A stretch of DNA of 64,000 nucleotides, from positions 25,691 through 89,690 of the forward strand of contig NW_021833080.1 in NCBI RefSeq assembly GCF_006345805.1. Reading direction: 5' to 3'. Source of the DNA: Octopus sinensis (taxonomy: Eukaryota). Each line of letters opens with the position of its first letter. Position 1 is the first letter of the stretch. The position numbers and the translations under genes were made by a program. The notes below the pieces were generated by a model. It was not told where the DNA came from. It saw nothing but the letters and a program-made list of their open reading frames with translations, and did no database searches. Shown here piece after piece: positions 13,571 to 26,986 of this stretch.

Positions 13571-13815
13571 TTTGTTTCTTTCGCCGAACCGCAAAGTTAC
13601 GAGGACGCCAACAAATTAACACAAGTTGCCAAGCGACGGGAAGGGACAAAAAATATCCACACACACACATATACGTCTTCTTTCAGTTTCAACTCACAAG
13701 GGTTTGGTCGGCCCGAAGCTATACTAGAAGACACTTTCCAACGGTTCCACGCAGTGAGACTGAACCCGGGACCATGTGGCTGTGAAGCACATTTTCTACC
13801 ACACAGCCAAACCTA
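13571..13815 (-). mobile_element. SINE family A remnant with internal deletions
   Basis: Diverged match to family A. Confidence 0.7.
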
Positions 13816-13930
13816 TTCCAAGGATAACGTTTCATAACAGAACGTGAAAGTGGAAATTTCACCGACAAAATTTTGTCTTTGTTCGATCAAATGATTGTCT
13901 GGTGGTATTGTATGTGTGTGTGTGTGAGTG

Positions 13931-13966
<36 letters not shown>

Positions 13967-14151
13967 ATGGTAGTCCAAGAGAGACGGTTCTACAATTTCC
14001 TCAGATGATTCGTTTATTATTCCCCAATACTTAAACTAACAAAAACTACTTAACCATAACTAATTTTTAACTAACGCTAAAATGTAAAAATAAATAAACT
14101 AGATATCATATAAATCGAATAACATTTCACTACCATTTACTTCTAAAATGT

Positions 14152-14538
14152 GAAGGTGCAATGGCCCAGTGGTTAGGGCAGCGGACTCGCGGTCATAGGA
14201 TCGCGGTTTCGATTCCCAGACCGGGCGTTGTGAGTGTTTATTGAGCGAAAACACCTAAAAAAAGCTCCACGAGGCTCCGGCAGGGGATGGTGGTGATCCC
14301 TGCTGTACTCTTTCACCACAACTTTCTCTCACTCTTACTTCTTGTTTCTGTTGTACCTGTATTTCAAGGGGCCGGCCTTGTCACTCTCTGTGTCACGCTG
14401 AATATCCCCGAGAACTACGTTAAGGGTGCACGTGTCTGTGGAGTGCTCAGCCACTTACACGTTAATTTCACGAGCAGGCTGTTCCGTTGATTCGGATCAA
14501 CCGGAACCCTCATCGTCGTAACCGACGGAGTGCTTCCA
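14152..14538 (+). mobile_element. SINE family B, full length
   Basis: High identity to 978-1359, ends gtgcttcca. Confidence 0.9.
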
Positions 14539-15042
14539 CTCACATCTAAAATAATAACTTTACTACGTTAACTACATATAAAATAATATTCAAGCAAATA
14601 AATATTCATATTTTGAGAAAATCATATTCATTAAATAATATTATTAAACCATTATGCAAAAGGTATAAAATTTAAACTTTACTATAACTAAACTATATAT
14701 AATCTTCATCCTTCTCAGTACATATAAAAAAATATTTCTATACGTATTACTTTATAATCAAAAATTTTTATCAATACTTTTCCTCATAAATCTTAAAACA
14801 TAAAATTTAATCTAAATCAAAAATAATTTAAATAAAATTATCCTGTGTACATTATAGCTCGTGCTTTCAATCAAATCCAAATTGACCGAGCAATTTTACC
14901 GGGTACCATACGTGAGGTATGGAAATGATCGCAGATATATGTTAGATGAGATATTTTACTCAAGAGTACGACGCGCCACCCGGTTCAAGTATTAAAACCA
15001 CGAGCTCACGATCTCCAGAGCAAAACTAGGCCATGCAGCCTC

Positions 15043-15044
<2 letters not shown>

Positions 15045-15109
<65 letters not shown>

Positions 15110-15118
15110 CATCTATCC

Positions 15119-15154
<36 letters not shown>

Positions 15155-15166
15155 ATCTATCTATCC

Positions 15167-15240
<74 letters not shown>

Positions 15241-15275
15241 ATTTCTATCTATCTATCCATCTATCCATCTATCTA
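15045..15275. repeat. (TATC)n microsatellite
   Basis: Direct reading. Confidence 0.95.
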
Positions 15276-15780
15276 TTTAAAAAAAGATGGGTGAATGTGG
15301 CAAGGATGGCACGTATGAATGACGAAGCCACCTTGAGCATAATCCTATGAACCCAGAAATTGAAAACAGAGGGTTACCCACTTGCAAACAAATGTGGTAA
15401 CATATAACAATATTGACCGAGGTTACCGTGGTCTTTTTCGTAGGCTTTTCTTCCCACGGATAAACCTCATCTGCTTCCCCCTTTACACCGTACATCATGA
15501 CACTGTGATACACGATCCCTATTGATCGTTTTCTTTTCTTTTTTTTTCCTCTTTTTTCTTATTTTTTCCTTTTTCTTTTCTTTTGTTTCTTTTTTTCTCT
15601 TTTCCTTTTCTTTTTATTTTTTTTCTTCTTCTTTTTTTCTTTTCTTTTTTCCCTTTCACGAACCCTTTTGATCGAAAACCTACGCCACTTTTTTTTTTGT
15701 TTTTTTTCATACCCCAAAAGAAAAGCTCTACCTTGTAATTTGTCCCATCTATGTGCAGCCCTGTGTGGCCAATGAAGAAA
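15276..15780 (+). mobile_element. 5'-truncated L1/Tx1-type LINE 3' end
   Basis: Encodes [18 protein letters not shown] like the ORF end at 39251 and shares its 3' UTR, ending gccctgtgtggccaatgaagaaa; (TATC)n on both sides. Confidence 0.8.
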
Positions 15781-15781
15781 C

Positions 15782-15853
<72 letters not shown>

Positions 15854-16018
15854 ACACGATCCCTATTGAACGGCTTCCTTTTTCTTTCTTTCCACGATCC
15901 CTTTTGATCGAAATTCTACACCCACCTTTTTTTCTTTCCTTCCCCAAAAGAAAAGCTCTACTTTGTATTTTGTCCCCCCCCGCCCTCTGTGTTCAGCCCT
16001 GTGTAGCTAATAAAGAAA
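15854..16018 (+). mobile_element. Short 3' UTR fragment of the same LINE
   Basis: acacgatccctattga...gccctgtgtagctaataaagaaa, flanked by TATC repeats. Confidence 0.75.
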
Positions 16019-16236
16019 CGTGTCTATCTATCTATATCAAATAATAATTATAATAAGGATTATTACGAAGTAGCATTAGCATTACCTTTAATTTCTTTTT
16101 ATACATGTTCAACTTCGACTAGACCTACACGTGTTTCCTCTGCATCAATTAGTAACTGTTTCAATAGCAACCTTACTACAATACCGGTGCAGTTTCTCAG
16201 ATATCTGTAAATTTATATTTTGTTTGATGACAGATA

Positions 16237-16604
16237 GGCGAAGGAGTGGCTGTGTGGTAAGTAGCTTGCTAACCAACCACACGGTTGCGGGTTCAGTCCC
16301 ACTGCGTGGCATCTTGGGCAAGTGTCTTCTGCTATAGCCCCGGGCCGACCAATGCCTTGTGAGTGGATTTGGTAGACGGAAACTGAAAGAAGCCTGTCGT
16401 ATATATGTATATATATGTATATGTGTGTGTGTTTTTGTGTGTCTGTGTTTGTCCCCCTAGCATTGCTTGACAACCGATGCTGGTGTGTTTACGTCCCCGT
16501 CACTTAGCGGTTCGGCAAAAAGAGACCGATAGAATAAGTACTAAAAGGTGGTGCTCCAGCATGGCCGCAGTCAAATGACTGAAACAAGTAAAAGAGTAAA
16601 AGAG
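16237..16604 (+). mobile_element. SINE family A
   Basis: tRNA-like head (gggttcagtccc), CORE-like ggcatcttgggcaagtgtctt, gtaaaaga tail. Confidence 0.9.
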
Positions 16605-16813
16605 TAGATATTTCGATGATTGCATTGATTGCAAAGAGATATATGCAAAAAGACGAATATAGAAACAAAACAACCGAACGGAAAATGAAAACTAGCCGAA
16701 AATCAAGAGGATCTCAAAATGGCAACGACAATATTTATATACAAGCAAATATAACAGTCGCTAATTTCGATCTAAAGTTGTTTGAATCTAAAATTGAAAT
16801 GATATATATGTGT

Positions 16814-16851
<38 letters not shown>

Positions 16852-17011
16852 ACGCACACACACACATATTATATATATATAAAAACTTGGAGAAGAGAAA
16901 TAGAGAAATAACGCGTGCGTTCGGTCATATAGTAATATAATAAATAAAAAATATATGCCATATATACATACATATATTTCATACCTACATCTACATGTAT
17001 ATATACATAAT

Positions 17012-17080
<69 letters not shown>

Positions 17081-17114
17081 TATACATATATATACATACA
17101 CATATATATATAAT

Positions 17115-17169
<55 letters not shown>

Positions 17170-17170
<1 letters not shown>

Positions 17171-17367
17171 GAGTACACGGACACCACAAATAGACGTAGA
17201 ACACAACGAGAGACGAGAACATAAAAGCAAACAAGGAAACGGACTTTTTTTAAACAACGAAAAAACAGAGTACAAGACAAACAATACAAGGAAAATTCCC
17301 CTTCATCAGCTGTCCCTGGGTCGACTCAAAGTGTGTTTCGAAGGTAAGGACAGAACACAGTCGAAGC
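17170..17367. mobile_element. (AT)n-embedded purine-rich element related to 18716-20082
   Basis: Shares acacc..aaa.agacgt and ccccttc.tcag...gtttcgaagg motifs; (AT)n on both sides. Confidence 0.45.
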
Positions 17368-18031
17368 ATATATATATGTGGTGTGTGTGTGCGTGTATGT
17401 GTGTTAGGATTATAGTTCCCTAAAAAATCTGCCTTGTTACTTCATTTCAGAATTTGTCAGTGGAAAATTGACTCGTTTTAAAAGATGGTTAAAACCGCCT
17501 ATCATATAAAAGTACTGTAAAGTGTATATTCCATGTACATAGTACAGTGAGTATTTGTCTCAAATCTCGATTCTCTTCGTTTTAACCGGGTAATTATTCT
17601 AGTCCGTGCGATGTTATATTTTAGCACTTGGCTTGTGTTTAGGAGACATTTTGTATTCTGTACTATGAGATTTTTTTAACGGAGTATTCAATCATATTAT
17701 AACCGAGCGGCACTTCATTCACAAAGAATAGTACACGTTTACATCACATGCTTCTGTGTGTGTACGTATTCATGCAAATCTATATCGAAACATACGCATG
17801 TATATAGCGCGCTCATATAGACAGAAAACTTAATAGGGCCCGATGAGGGAGGGATCATCAAAACAGATTGCCTGTGTTTGTATGCATGAATATTGTACAG
17901 ATGTCTATAGATAAACACCCATACTCATCTCAGAAGCAAACACACACACATGGATATCTATCCATCCATCCATCCATCCATCCATCTATCTATCTAGCTA
18001 CATATAAGTGTATATATGTTAGTGCATGTGG

Positions 18032-18062
<31 letters not shown>

Positions 18063-18170
18063 TATATATATATACATATATATATATATATTATATATAC
18101 ATATCTATCTATCTATCTATCTATCTATATCTATCTATCTATCGATCTATCTATCTATCTATCTATCTAA

Positions 18171-18215
<45 letters not shown>

Positions 18216-18247
18216 CACATATATATATACATACATATATATATATA

Positions 18248-18644
18248 TGCTGGCTGTGTGGTAAGTAGCTTGTTTACCAACCACATGGTTCCGGTTCAGT
18301 CCCACTGTGTGGCACCTTGGGAAAGTGTCTTCTTCTATAGCCTAGGGGCCGACCAAAGCCTTGTGAGTGGATTTGGTAGACGGAAACTGAAAGAAGCCCG
18401 TCGTATATATGTATATATATATGCGTGTGTGTGTTTGTGTGTCTGTGTTCGTCCCCCTAGCATTGCTTGACAACCGATGCTGGTGTGTTTATGTCCCCGT
18501 TACTTAGCGGTTCGGCAAAAGAGACGTAGAATAAGTACTGGGCTTACAGAAGAATAAGACCCGGGGTCGAGTTGCTCGATTAAAGGCGGTGCTCCAGCAT
18601 GCCGCAGTCAAACGACGACTGAAACAAGTAAAATAGTAAAAGAG
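18248..18644 (+). mobile_element. SINE family A, 5' end clipped
   Basis: Match to family A. Confidence 0.9.
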
Positions 18645-18715
18645 TATATATATATATATATATAATATATAATATATATAATATATATATATACTATATA
18701 TATTTATATATTATT

Positions 18716-20082
18716 GTTAATGTAGTAAAATAGAACATATGCATATATATAAACATATATGTACGTACCTACTCTACATGTACATATACAACCATATATG
18801 TGTACAGCGACACCAAAAAGACGTCGAACACTAGAAGAGAGCGAAACACATAGACCACAAACCAAGGAACAGACAAGCAAAAAAAGAGGAGAGATACAGG
18901 ACAATAAGCACAACGAAAAAAACCCTTTTCAGTCGCTAAGATTCATCTACTAACGTTCGAAGGATAAGGCGAGACGTATACTTCGAAGAAAAAATTCCTT
19001 CCCGCGAAAAGCAAATCAATTAAAATTCTGAGATCTTTTCGCAGAGGGGTAAAAAAAAAAGAAAAAAAAAAGAAGCAAGCAACGACGCGTAACGACAGTA
19101 CAAACATATAACGTAAAAAATATATATATAAACAGTGGAAAAAATAAATATATAACAGTGAGAGACAGGACAAGGAGAACAAGATAAGAAGGGCTGTTAA
19201 CGCCAGACGAAAAAAGTATTGCAAACGTTTGATGATCGTGGACGACGAGAGAGAGCAAATGTAGTCGACCAGTAGCCTTTACAAGGCGGGCGAGAAAGAC
19301 ATGCCAGATAGCAGTTACGCGGAAGTATCGTCGCAGATGGAAGACGGGAATGGGGGAGGGGAGGAGGAGCAGGAGGAAGAGAGAGAAGAAGGGGAATGGT
19401 GCGAGGAGACATGAAGAATGGTGAAAATGAGTTGAAGCGGAGAGATGAGAATGAAAATGAGAGAGAGGGGAAGAGACAAGTTAAGTGAGGGAAAAAAAAG
19501 ACGACGAAAAGGGGAATGGGAGAGAAAGAAAGAAAGATGCAGAGTCGCGTGAGAGTTAATATCAAGGCTAATGATAAACAGAACAATCTTACTTAATAGG
19601 GTGCGTGCGTTTAGTCGTCTAATATGTTAATAAATAGAACATATGCCATATATTTAAACATATATGTACGTACCTAACTCTACATGTACATATACACCCA
19701 TATATGTGTACAGGACACCAAAAAGACGTCGAACACATAGAGAGACGAAACACATAGACACAAACCAAGGAACAAGACAAGCAAAAAAGAGAGAGATACA
19801 GGACAATAAGCACAACGAAAAAACCCCTTCTTCAGTCGCTAAGATTTCATCTACTAAACGTTTCGAAGGATAAAAGCGAGACGTATACTTCGAAGAAAAA
19901 TTCCTTCCGCGAAAAGCCAATCAATTAAAATTCTGAGATCTTTTCGCAGAGGGGTAAAAAAAAAAAGAAGCAAGACGGTAACGACAGTACAACATATAAA
20001 CATAAAAAATATATATATAAACAGTGGAAAATAAATATATAACAGTGAGAGACAGGACAAGGAGAACAAGATAAGAAGGGCT
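18716..20082. repeat. Direct duplication of ~470 bp (18716-19195 and 19624-20082)
   Basis: Colinear match throughout; differences are mostly small indels. Confidence 0.85.
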
Positions 20083-20103
20083 ATACTACCCACAAGGGGC
20101 TAA

Positions 20104-20151
<48 letters not shown>

Positions 20152-20851
20152 CACGTGCTGTAGCTTTAAGAAGCTCCAGGGAGATCTGCACAGCAGGTCT
20201 TCAGAAAATAATGTATGTTTCTATAAATGTATAAATACTTGCATTATATTATGTATGTACGTATGTATGTGTGTATGTGTGTGTGTGCTTTGGATATGTA
20301 TGTATTTATGTATGTTTGTATGTATGTTTGTATGTATGTATGTAAGTATGTATGTATGTTTGTGTGTATATATGTAAGGCAAGTTGGTCTGTGTAAGTCG
20401 GAAACCCGTGTTCATGTATATATATCTACACGCGTCGTCTACATTTATAGAGACCCCCCCCACCCCAAAAAAAATATCTACGCCCCCTCCTCCTGTTGTA
20501 TATCTTAGCAAAATAATTTTATAAGGAAAGAAAAAGAAAAAAGGAAGAGAAAAGTAGTTATAAAATGCATACCCCATTCGAAAATAGACGTTAAATCTAA
20601 AAAAAAAAAATAATAATAAGCTAAAAAGAAATGCACAAGAGGACAACTGCAGCAATAACAACAACAGTAACAACAACAAAACCATTAGCTACATTAAAGC
20701 TATTGGTAATAATAATACTATTAATAACGATGAGGAACTGAAGCAGAAATATAGATAAGAACGAAAGAAATACAGAGAGAGGAAGACTAATGGAAACAAA
20801 GAGAGTGCAACCAGAGGCTATAAACCACGGTTTATACCTGTTTCTCTATCT

Positions 20852-20889
<38 letters not shown>

Positions 20890-20928
20890 GTGTGAATGTA
20901 CACATGCATTTATATATATATATAAAAT

Positions 20929-20970
<42 letters not shown>

Positions 20971-21186
20971 ACGAACGTATGTTCGTTTATACATATCTAT
21001 ATAGACACGCACACATACGCGTTTATATAATATACACACACATTACATATGTATATATATATATACACACAAACATAGTATATATTTATATATATATTCG
21101 GATGTAATATGTGTGTGTTATATATATAGTTATATATCTACATATATCTATCTATATATATGTATGTATGTATATATGTGTATATA

Positions 21187-21273
<87 letters not shown>

Positions 21274-21639
21274 ATAGTAATAGATAGATATATAGACGAA
21301 TGAAAAGTGACGTTTTATGCGTGTGTGTGTTTGCGTGCGTGGGTGCGTGTGTGGCGTACGTGTGCGCGCGTTTGTGTGTGTGTGTGTGTATGTGTGTGTG
21401 TGTGTGTGTGTCTGCGTGTGTGTGTGTGTTTGTGTGTGTGTGGATCTGACAAACTAAATACACTGTACTATAAAATATTGTAGTTTTATTTTCGTTAGAT
21501 TGTCAGAAACTGCAGAAACAAAGCATTTTACTAGAGTTTGCCTGCATTTTCACGTCTCTGCCTGCCACGCACTCCCACTCCGCTTGTTGTTTTAGACTTG
21601 TTCTGCCAGCGTGACCTATCAGACACATATTGCGTTTTT

Positions 21640-22814
21640 ATTATATGTAAGAAGTTGGCAAGCTGGCAGAAACGTTAGCACGCTCGGCGAAATGCGTAGC
21701 CGTATTTCGTCTGCCGTTACGTTCTGAGTTCAAATTCAGCCGAGGTCGACTTTGCCTTTCATCATTACGGTGTCGATTAAATAAGTACCAGTTACGCACT
21801 GAGGTCGATATAATCGACTTAATCCGTTTGTCTGTCCTTGTTTGTCCTCTCTGTATTTTGCCCCTTGTGGGTAGTAAAGAAATAGGTATTTCGTGTGCTG
21901 CTAAGTTCTGAGTTCAAATTCCGCCGAGGTAGTATTTGCTTTTCATCCTTTCGACGTCGATAAATTAAGTACCAGTTGCGTAATTTCCCAAAAATTCGGG
22001 CTTTGTGCCTATAATAGAAAAGATTATATGTAAGAAGGCGACGGGCAGGCAGAATCGTTAGCACGCCGGGCGAAATGCTTTGCGGTATTTCGTCTGCCGT
22101 TACGTTCTGAGTTTAAATTACGCCGAGATCGACGTGCCTTTAATCTTTTCGGGGTCGATTAAATAAGTATCAGTTACGCACTGGGGTCGATATAATCGAC
22201 TTAATCCGTTTGTCTATCCTTGTTTGTCCTCTCTGTGTGTAGCCCCTTGTGGGTAGTAAAGAAATAAGTATTTCGTCTATCTTTACGTTCCGAGTTCACT
22301 TTGCCTTTCATCCATCCGGGGTCGATAAATTAAGCATAGGGAACACTGGGGTCGATGTAATCGACTAGTCCCCTCTCCCCAAATTTCAAGGCATTGTGCC
22401 TTCAGTACAAAGGATTATATCTAAGAAGGCGGCGAGCGGGCAGAAACGTTAGCACGCCGGGCGAAATGCGTAGCTGTATTTCGTCTGCCGCTACGTTCTG
22501 AGTTCAAATTCCGCCGAAGTCGATTTTGCTTTTCATCCTTTCGGGGTCGATTAAGTAAGTACCAGTCACGCCCTGGGGTCGATATAATCGACTAATCCGT
22601 TTCTCAGTCCTTGTTTGTCCTCTGTGTGTTTAGCCCCTTGTGGGTAGTAGAGAAATAGGTATTTCATCTGTCTTCCGTTCTGAGTTCGACTTTGCGTTTC
22701 ATCCTTTCGGGGTCGATAAATTAAGTACCAGTTGCTTACTTTGGTCGATCCAAACGACTGGCCCCCGCCCCCAAAGTTTCGGGCCTTGTGCTAGAGTAGA
22801 ACAGTTTATATGTA
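21640..22814 (+). mobile_element. Tandem trimer of SINE family C (~385-bp period)
   Basis: Three heads at about 21655, 22035 and 22426, each preceded by attatat(g/c)taagaag. Confidence 0.8.
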
Positions 22815-23399
22815 CGATTTTATTACAAAATATATTTTTGTTGTCGATGGAGGTATTTCGATGTAACTTTCCTTCTTATTTTAATTTACCGCCTTATTGG
22901 TCCATTACAAGTCTCTAATGAGCTAGAATTGACATGTATATTTGTGTTACAATTATCTTACAATTTTAGCAACACCTCTGATAAATCTGCTTGATAACAT
23001 ACATTGATATGCTATCTCAATTTGTATTATATGTATATAATTGTGCTTTAGTTAACCTGTTATCTATTATTATAGGCCGTACCTAGATATCTTACTTATA
23101 TTTATACTTGTACATAAATGTCGTTCAATAACCACATTATTCCAATCTCTTACATGAAAATCGCTCACCTTTCTAGTATTTCTTGCATTTTTCATGCAAT
23201 TTACGTCACTGTTTGTTCAGATTTTTGTTTTCATCGCAGCAATATCAAGTGCTGCAAAAGATATCTTATAGACGGACTTATTAAGTAAAGTGCAATGCAA
23301 TTTTTATGTGCCTAAAATATATTACAAGCTTCTAAATGTTCGTATTATTTCAGAGTTTTTTTTTTCTAATATACTCCGTGCATCTACAAGAAAAAAAAT

Positions 23400-23602
23400 C
23401 TTTTATTCTTTTACTCGTTTGAGTCATTTGGCAGCGATCATGCTGGAGCACCGCCTTTAGTCGGAGAATTCGGCCCCAGAATTTATCCGTTGTAAGCCTA
23501 ATACTTATTTTATCGGTGTCTTTTGAAGAACTAAGTTACGGGGACGGAAACACACCAACATAGGTTGTCAAGCGATGGTGGAATCCAAACACAGACATAT
23601 CC
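23400..23602 (-). mobile_element. SINE family A 3' half, left flank of the array
   Basis: Diverged reverse complement of the family A tail up to its internal (TA)n. Confidence 0.75.
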
Positions 23603-23899
23603 ATATATATATATATATATATAATGAAGGGTGAAATTAATTAATTTGGAAAAATTATCAATTACACCAAGTAGTCTTCGGATGTAAAAGCCTCATTCGA
23701 GGAAAATTTAAGTAATACTAAGCAATAAGGGTTTAGCAACGAATTGCCTTACCAATACCGAATTTAGAAATAGCAGTCAAAGGGTTATAGCTATTTCTTT
23801 ACTAAAAAGGGAGATCTCAGTAAAAACAGCATTTGGAAGCAGACACAACAGGTAAGAGAGAATGAATTGACTGCAATCTATCATACATTTTTTTAGTTA

Positions 23900-24003
23900 T
23901 CTACGGACGTACGTTTCGAAATCAAGTTTTAGGAAAGCATAAGAATAAATATTAATATTAAATAATTCTATCTTACCGAAACTTCTTTTCTCTTCAGCGT
24001 AGA
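23900..24003 (-). ncRNA. Type I hammerhead ribozyme, array copy 1
   Basis: Minus strand TCTACG-CTGAAGA-G(stem II)C-GAAAC-GTAC-GTC-CGTAGA. Confidence 0.8.
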
Positions 24004-24493
24004 ATACTATAATCATAAATGATTATATATTGAATTTTGAGATACCAGAAGGCACACAACTCAACTCAGTATCAGAGCGAGCTAGAATCCGCAACTGGTA
24101 TCACCGAATTCAATTTGATGATGAAACGATTGCGTCAACATCCCCTTCCCACCCGCGTGTAGCCAAAACAAGATACTGTGGTCATCTACTGAGATAAAAT
24201 ATGGTTATCCGTAATAATGAAGGGTGAAATTAATTAATTTGGAAAAATTATCAATTACACCAAGTAGTCTTCGGCATGTAAGCCTCATTCGAGGAAAATT
24301 TAAGTAATACTAAGCAATAAGGGTTAGCAACGAATTGCCTTACCACATACCGAATTTAGAAATAGCAGTCAAAGGGTTATAGCTATTTCTTCTACTAAAA
24401 AGGGAGATCTCAGTAAAAACAGCATTTGGAAGGCAGACACAAACAGGTAAGAGAGAATGAATTGACTGCAATCTATCATACATTTTTTAGTTA

Positions 24494-24600
24494 TCTACGG
24501 ACGTACGTTTCGAAATCAAGTTTTTAGGAAAGCATAAGAATTAAATATTAAATATTAAATAATTCTATCTTACCGAAACTTCTTTTCTCTTCAGCGTAGA
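24494..24600 (-). ncRNA. Type I hammerhead ribozyme, array copy 2
   Basis: Same intact core and stems. Confidence 0.8.
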
Positions 24601-25095
24601 ATACTATAATCATAAATGATTATATATTGAATTTTGAGATACCAGAAGGCACCAACTCAACTCAGTATCAGAGCGAGCTAGAATCCGCAAATGGTATCAC
24701 CGAATTCAATTTGTGAATGAAACGATTGCGTCAACATCCCCTTCCCACCGCGTGTGTAGCCAAAACAAGATACTGTGGTCATCTACTGAGATAAAATATG
24801 GTTATCCGTAATAATGAAGGGTGAAATTAATTAATTTGGAAAAATTATCAATTACACCAAGTAGTCTTCGGCATGTAAAAGCCTCATTCGAGGAGGAAAA
24901 TTTAAGTAATACTAAGCAATAAGGGTTTAGCAACGAATTGCCTTACCACATACGAATTTAGAAATAGCAGTCAAAGGGTTATAGCTATTCTTCTACTAAA
25001 AAGGGAGATCTCAGTAAAAACAGCATTTGGAAGGCAGACACAAACAGGTAAGAGAGAATGAATTGACTGCAATCTATCATACATTTTTTTAGTTA

Positions 25096-25203
25096 TCTAC
25101 GGACGACGTACGTTTCGAAATCAAGTTTTTAGGAAAGCATAAGAATTAAATATTAAATATTAAATAATTCTATCTTACCGAAACTCTTTCTCTTCAGCGT
25201 AGA
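25096..25203 (-). ncRNA. Type I hammerhead, array copy 3 (extra GTC at the cleavage site)
   Basis: Plus strand ggacgacgtacg; the 3-nt duplication may disturb stem I register. Confidence 0.6.
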
Positions 25204-25692
25204 ATACTATAATCATAAATGATTATTATTGAATTTTGAGATACCAGAAGGCACCAACTCAACTCAGTATCAGAGCGAGCTAGAATCCGCAACTGGTATC
25301 CCGAATTCAATTTGTGAATGAAACGATTGCGTCAACATCCCCTTCCACCCGCGTGTAGCCAAAACAAGATACTGTGGTCATCTACTGAGATAAAAATGGT
25401 TATCCGTAATAATGAAGGGTGAAATTAATTAATTTGGAAAAATTATCAATTACACCAAGTAGTCTTCGGCATGTAAAAGCCTCATCGAGGAGGAAAATTT
25501 AAGTAATACTAAGCAATAAGGGTTTAGCAACGAATTGCCTTACCACATACCGAATTTAGAAATAGCAGTCAAAGGGTTATAGCTATTTCTTCTACTAAAA
25601 AGGGAGATCTCAGTAAAAACAGCATTTGGAAGGCAGACACAAACAGGTAAGAAGAATGAATTGACTGCAATCTATCATACATTTTTTAGTTA

Positions 25693-25799
25693 TCTACGGA
25701 CGTACGTTTCGAAATCAAGTTTTTAGGAAAGCATAAGAATTAAATATTAAATATTAAATAATTCTATCTTACCGAAACTTCTTTTCTCTTCAGCGTAGA
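25693..25799 (-). ncRNA. Type I hammerhead ribozyme, array copy 4
   Basis: Intact core and stems. Confidence 0.8.
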
Positions 25800-26287
25800 A
25801 TACTATATCATAAATGATTATATATTGATTTTGAGATACCAGAAGGCACCAACTCAACTCAGTATCAGAGCGAGCTAGAATCCGCAACTGGTATCACCGA
25901 ATTCAATTTGTGAATGAAACGATTGCGTCAACATCCCCTTCCACCCGCGTGTAGCCAAAACAAGATACTGTGGTCATCTACTGAGATAAAATATGGTTAT
26001 CCGTAATAATGAAGGGTGAATTAATTAATTTGGAAAAATTATCAATTACACCAAGTAGTCTTCGGCATGTAAAAGCCTCATTCGAGGAAAATTTAAGTAA
26101 TACTAAGCAATAAGGGTTTAGCAACGAATTGCCTTACCACATACCGAATTTAGAAATAGCAGTCAAAGGGTATAGCTATTTCTTCTACTAAAAAGGGAGA
26201 TCTCAGTAAAAACAGCATTTGGAAGGCAGACACAAACAGGTAAGAGAGAATGAATTGACTGCAATCTATCATACATTTTTTTAGTTA

Positions 26288-26390
26288 TCTACGGACGTAC
26301 GTTTCGAAATCAAGTTTTAGGAAAGCATAAGAATTAAATATTAATTAAATAATTCTATCTTACCGAAACTTCTTTTCTCTTCAGCGTTGA
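26288..26390 (-). ncRNA. Type I hammerhead, array copy 5 (one stem I mismatch)
   Basis: Plus strand cagcgttga instead of cagcgtaga. Confidence 0.65.
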
Positions 26391-26881
26391 ATACTATAAT
26401 CATAAATGATTATATATTGAATTTTGAGATACCAGAAGGCACCAACTCAACTCAGTATCAGAGCGAGCTAGAATCCGCAACTGGTATCACCGAATTCAAT
26501 TTGTGAATGAAACGATTGCGTCAACATCCCCTTCCCACCCGCGTGTAGCCAAAACAAGATACTGTGGTCATCTACTGAGATAAAATATGGTTATCCGTAA
26601 TAATGAAGGGTGAAATTAATTAATTTGGAAAAATTATCAATTACACCAAGTAGTCTTCGGCATGTAAAAGCCTCATTCGAGGAAAATTTAAGTAATACTA
26701 AGCAATAAGGGTTTAGCAACGAATTGCCTTACCACATACCGAATTTAGAAATAGCAGTCAAAGGGTTATAGCTATTCTTCTACTAAAAAGGGAGATCTCA
26801 GTAAAAACAGCATTTGGAAGGCAGACACAAACAGGTAAGAGAGAATGAATTGACTGCAATCTATCATACATTTTTTAGTTA

Positions 26882-26986
26882 TCTACGGACGTACGTTTCG
26901 AAATCAAGTTTTTAGGAAAGCATAAGAATTAAATATTAAATATTAAATAATTCTATTACCGAAACTTCTTTTCTCTTCAGCGTAGA
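26882..26986 (-). ncRNA. Type I hammerhead ribozyme, array copy 6
   Basis: Intact core and stem I. Confidence 0.8.
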
